From Eledone cirrhosa (taxonomy: Eukaryota), in contig OZ024740.1 in the NCBI GenBank assembly GCA_964016885.1, positions 248,001-312,000 of the forward strand: a DNA stretch of 64,000 nt. The letters are read 5' to 3'. The notes under the pieces were generated by a model, which was not told the origin of the DNA, made no database searches, and saw nothing but the letters and a program-made list of their open reading frames with translations. A program made the translations under genes and the position numbers. This document shows, piece after piece, positions 62,655 through 64,000 of the stretch (positions are counted from its first letter, which is position 1; each line of letters opens with the position of its first letter).

Positions 62655-64000
62655 TAATAATAATAAAGTATTAATAATGAAAATTATTGAGTACAGTACT
62701 CAGGTGCACTACAACTCGTCAAAGGTGTATGTATAGTACATAGAATAATATTTGTCAGGGAAATGAATAGTGTATGAGTCATGATATACATGTGTGTATG
62801 TGTATGGAGGGGGAACATTAGCTGTAGTGTTGGCGAATCTCGGGAAGTATGGAGGTTTTAAAAGATGCAGTGTCTCGACAGCTAACAACTGATGCAGGTA
62901 GTTTGTTCCATGCTTCAGCAACTCTGAGCGTGAAAGAATGTTTCCGAAAGTCATGGGAACTGTGCTGTTTTCTGACTTTGTGGGCATGCCCACGTGTGTT
63001 AGACACATGGAAATCAAAAATGTGCTCAGGGTTTCATTCATTCGTTTCATTTCATTTTACGTCCGCTTTTTCCCTGCTTGCAAGGGTGGGACAGGAACTG
63101 ATTCTGGCTTGATTTCTACAGCTGGATGCCCTTCCTAACACCAACCTCATTTATAGTGAGTGCTGGGTGCTTTTTTGCCGTGGCACCTCCACGACCACTT
63201 TGCAGTGGATCTCATTTCTACAGCTGAGTAAACTGGAGCAATGTGAAATAAAGTGTCTTGCTCAAGGAAACAACACATCACCCGGTCTGAGAATTGAACA
63301 CACAATCTTTCGATTGCAAGGCCAATGCTCTAACCACTAAGCCATGTGCCTCCAGGGTTGTTGTTGGCAAAATGGTTAACAATTTTGTGGGTGTTTATCA
63401 AGTCAGTTGCCAGGCGTCGGAGCTTCAATGTATCCATGCCCAGGGAAGCAAGGCATTCAGAGTATGGTAGATGTCTGATGGAGGGTATTCGCTTGGTTGC
63501 ACGTCTCTGAACAGTTTCCAGGCAGTCAATGTTCTGAACAGGATAGGGGTTCCAGACTGGTGATGCAAATTCTAAGTGTGGCCACACCATAGCCATGTAC
63601 AGCCTTAAATAGATAGCTGGAGAGCGGCTGACACAGGTCTTGCTGAGTGATGCTAAGACACCCTCGGCCCTCTTGACAATTTTAGAGACGTGCTTCGCTG
63701 CTGACCGTAATGTCCAGGTCACGTTCACAAGAAGACTTCTTGATATTAGTGCTGTGGAGGGAGTATGTGGACGCTGGGTTTTTACTCCCAAAATGCATGG
63801 TTATGCACTTGTCCACAGCTAGCTTGAGTTGCCAGTCTGAGATCCATTGTTGCATTGTGTCCAGGTCAGACTGCAAGCAAGATCTATAGTGTTCAGGATC
63901 TGTCCTTTTTATCTCAAGGTATAGCTTGATGTTATCTGCGTACTTTTGTACTGTGGCATTCTTTAAGTTGGCATCTATGTCATTAATATATGCCACAAAC
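62655..64000 (-). mobile_element. CR1-clade LINE 3' portion (decayed RT C-terminus); runs off the right edge
   Basis: YINDID..KYADN (mutated YADD), LQSDLD..W..W, HLEFASPVWNP, LETVQRRATK, TRGH..K, F..RV..WN.LP; frameshift near 63690; AT-rich tail. Confidence 0.92.
63034..63353 (-). mobile_element. tRNA-derived SINE, family B, inserted in the CR1
   Basis: Near-identical to 54777-55105; TSD AGGGTT at 63028-63033 and 63354-63359. Confidence 0.93.

Overview
Eukaryotic (animal) repeat-dominated DNA. The SINE types, RTE LINEs and dense (TA)n/(GAT)n microsatellites suggest a mollusc, probably an octopod cephalopod; this is inference, not checked. Bases 1-37557 are one compound-microsatellite satellite, monomer (GA)n-CAGTATG-(GT)m (about 19-27 bp), organised into kb-scale higher-order repeats; its many ORFs are artefacts. 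Bases 37.6-64 kb hold nested mobile elements: a near-intact 3.9 kb RTE LINE (APE + RT, with a PHD finger between RT core and thumb) plus truncated RTE copies, two inverted DD37D/maT-type Tc1/mariner relics, a Penelope-like GIY-YIG fragment with a minimal hammerhead ribozyme (and a second, decayed hammerhead nearby), piggyBac- and mariner-type MITEs, several tRNA-derived SINE families, a CR1 fragment and several minisatellites. The most unusual signal is a tandem array of covarying H-type pseudoknot-like units plus a terminal stem-loop in the RTE 3' UTRs, also carried by a SINE. No host gene could be called with confidence; only weak candidate exons were seen. All structures and alignments were read by eye.
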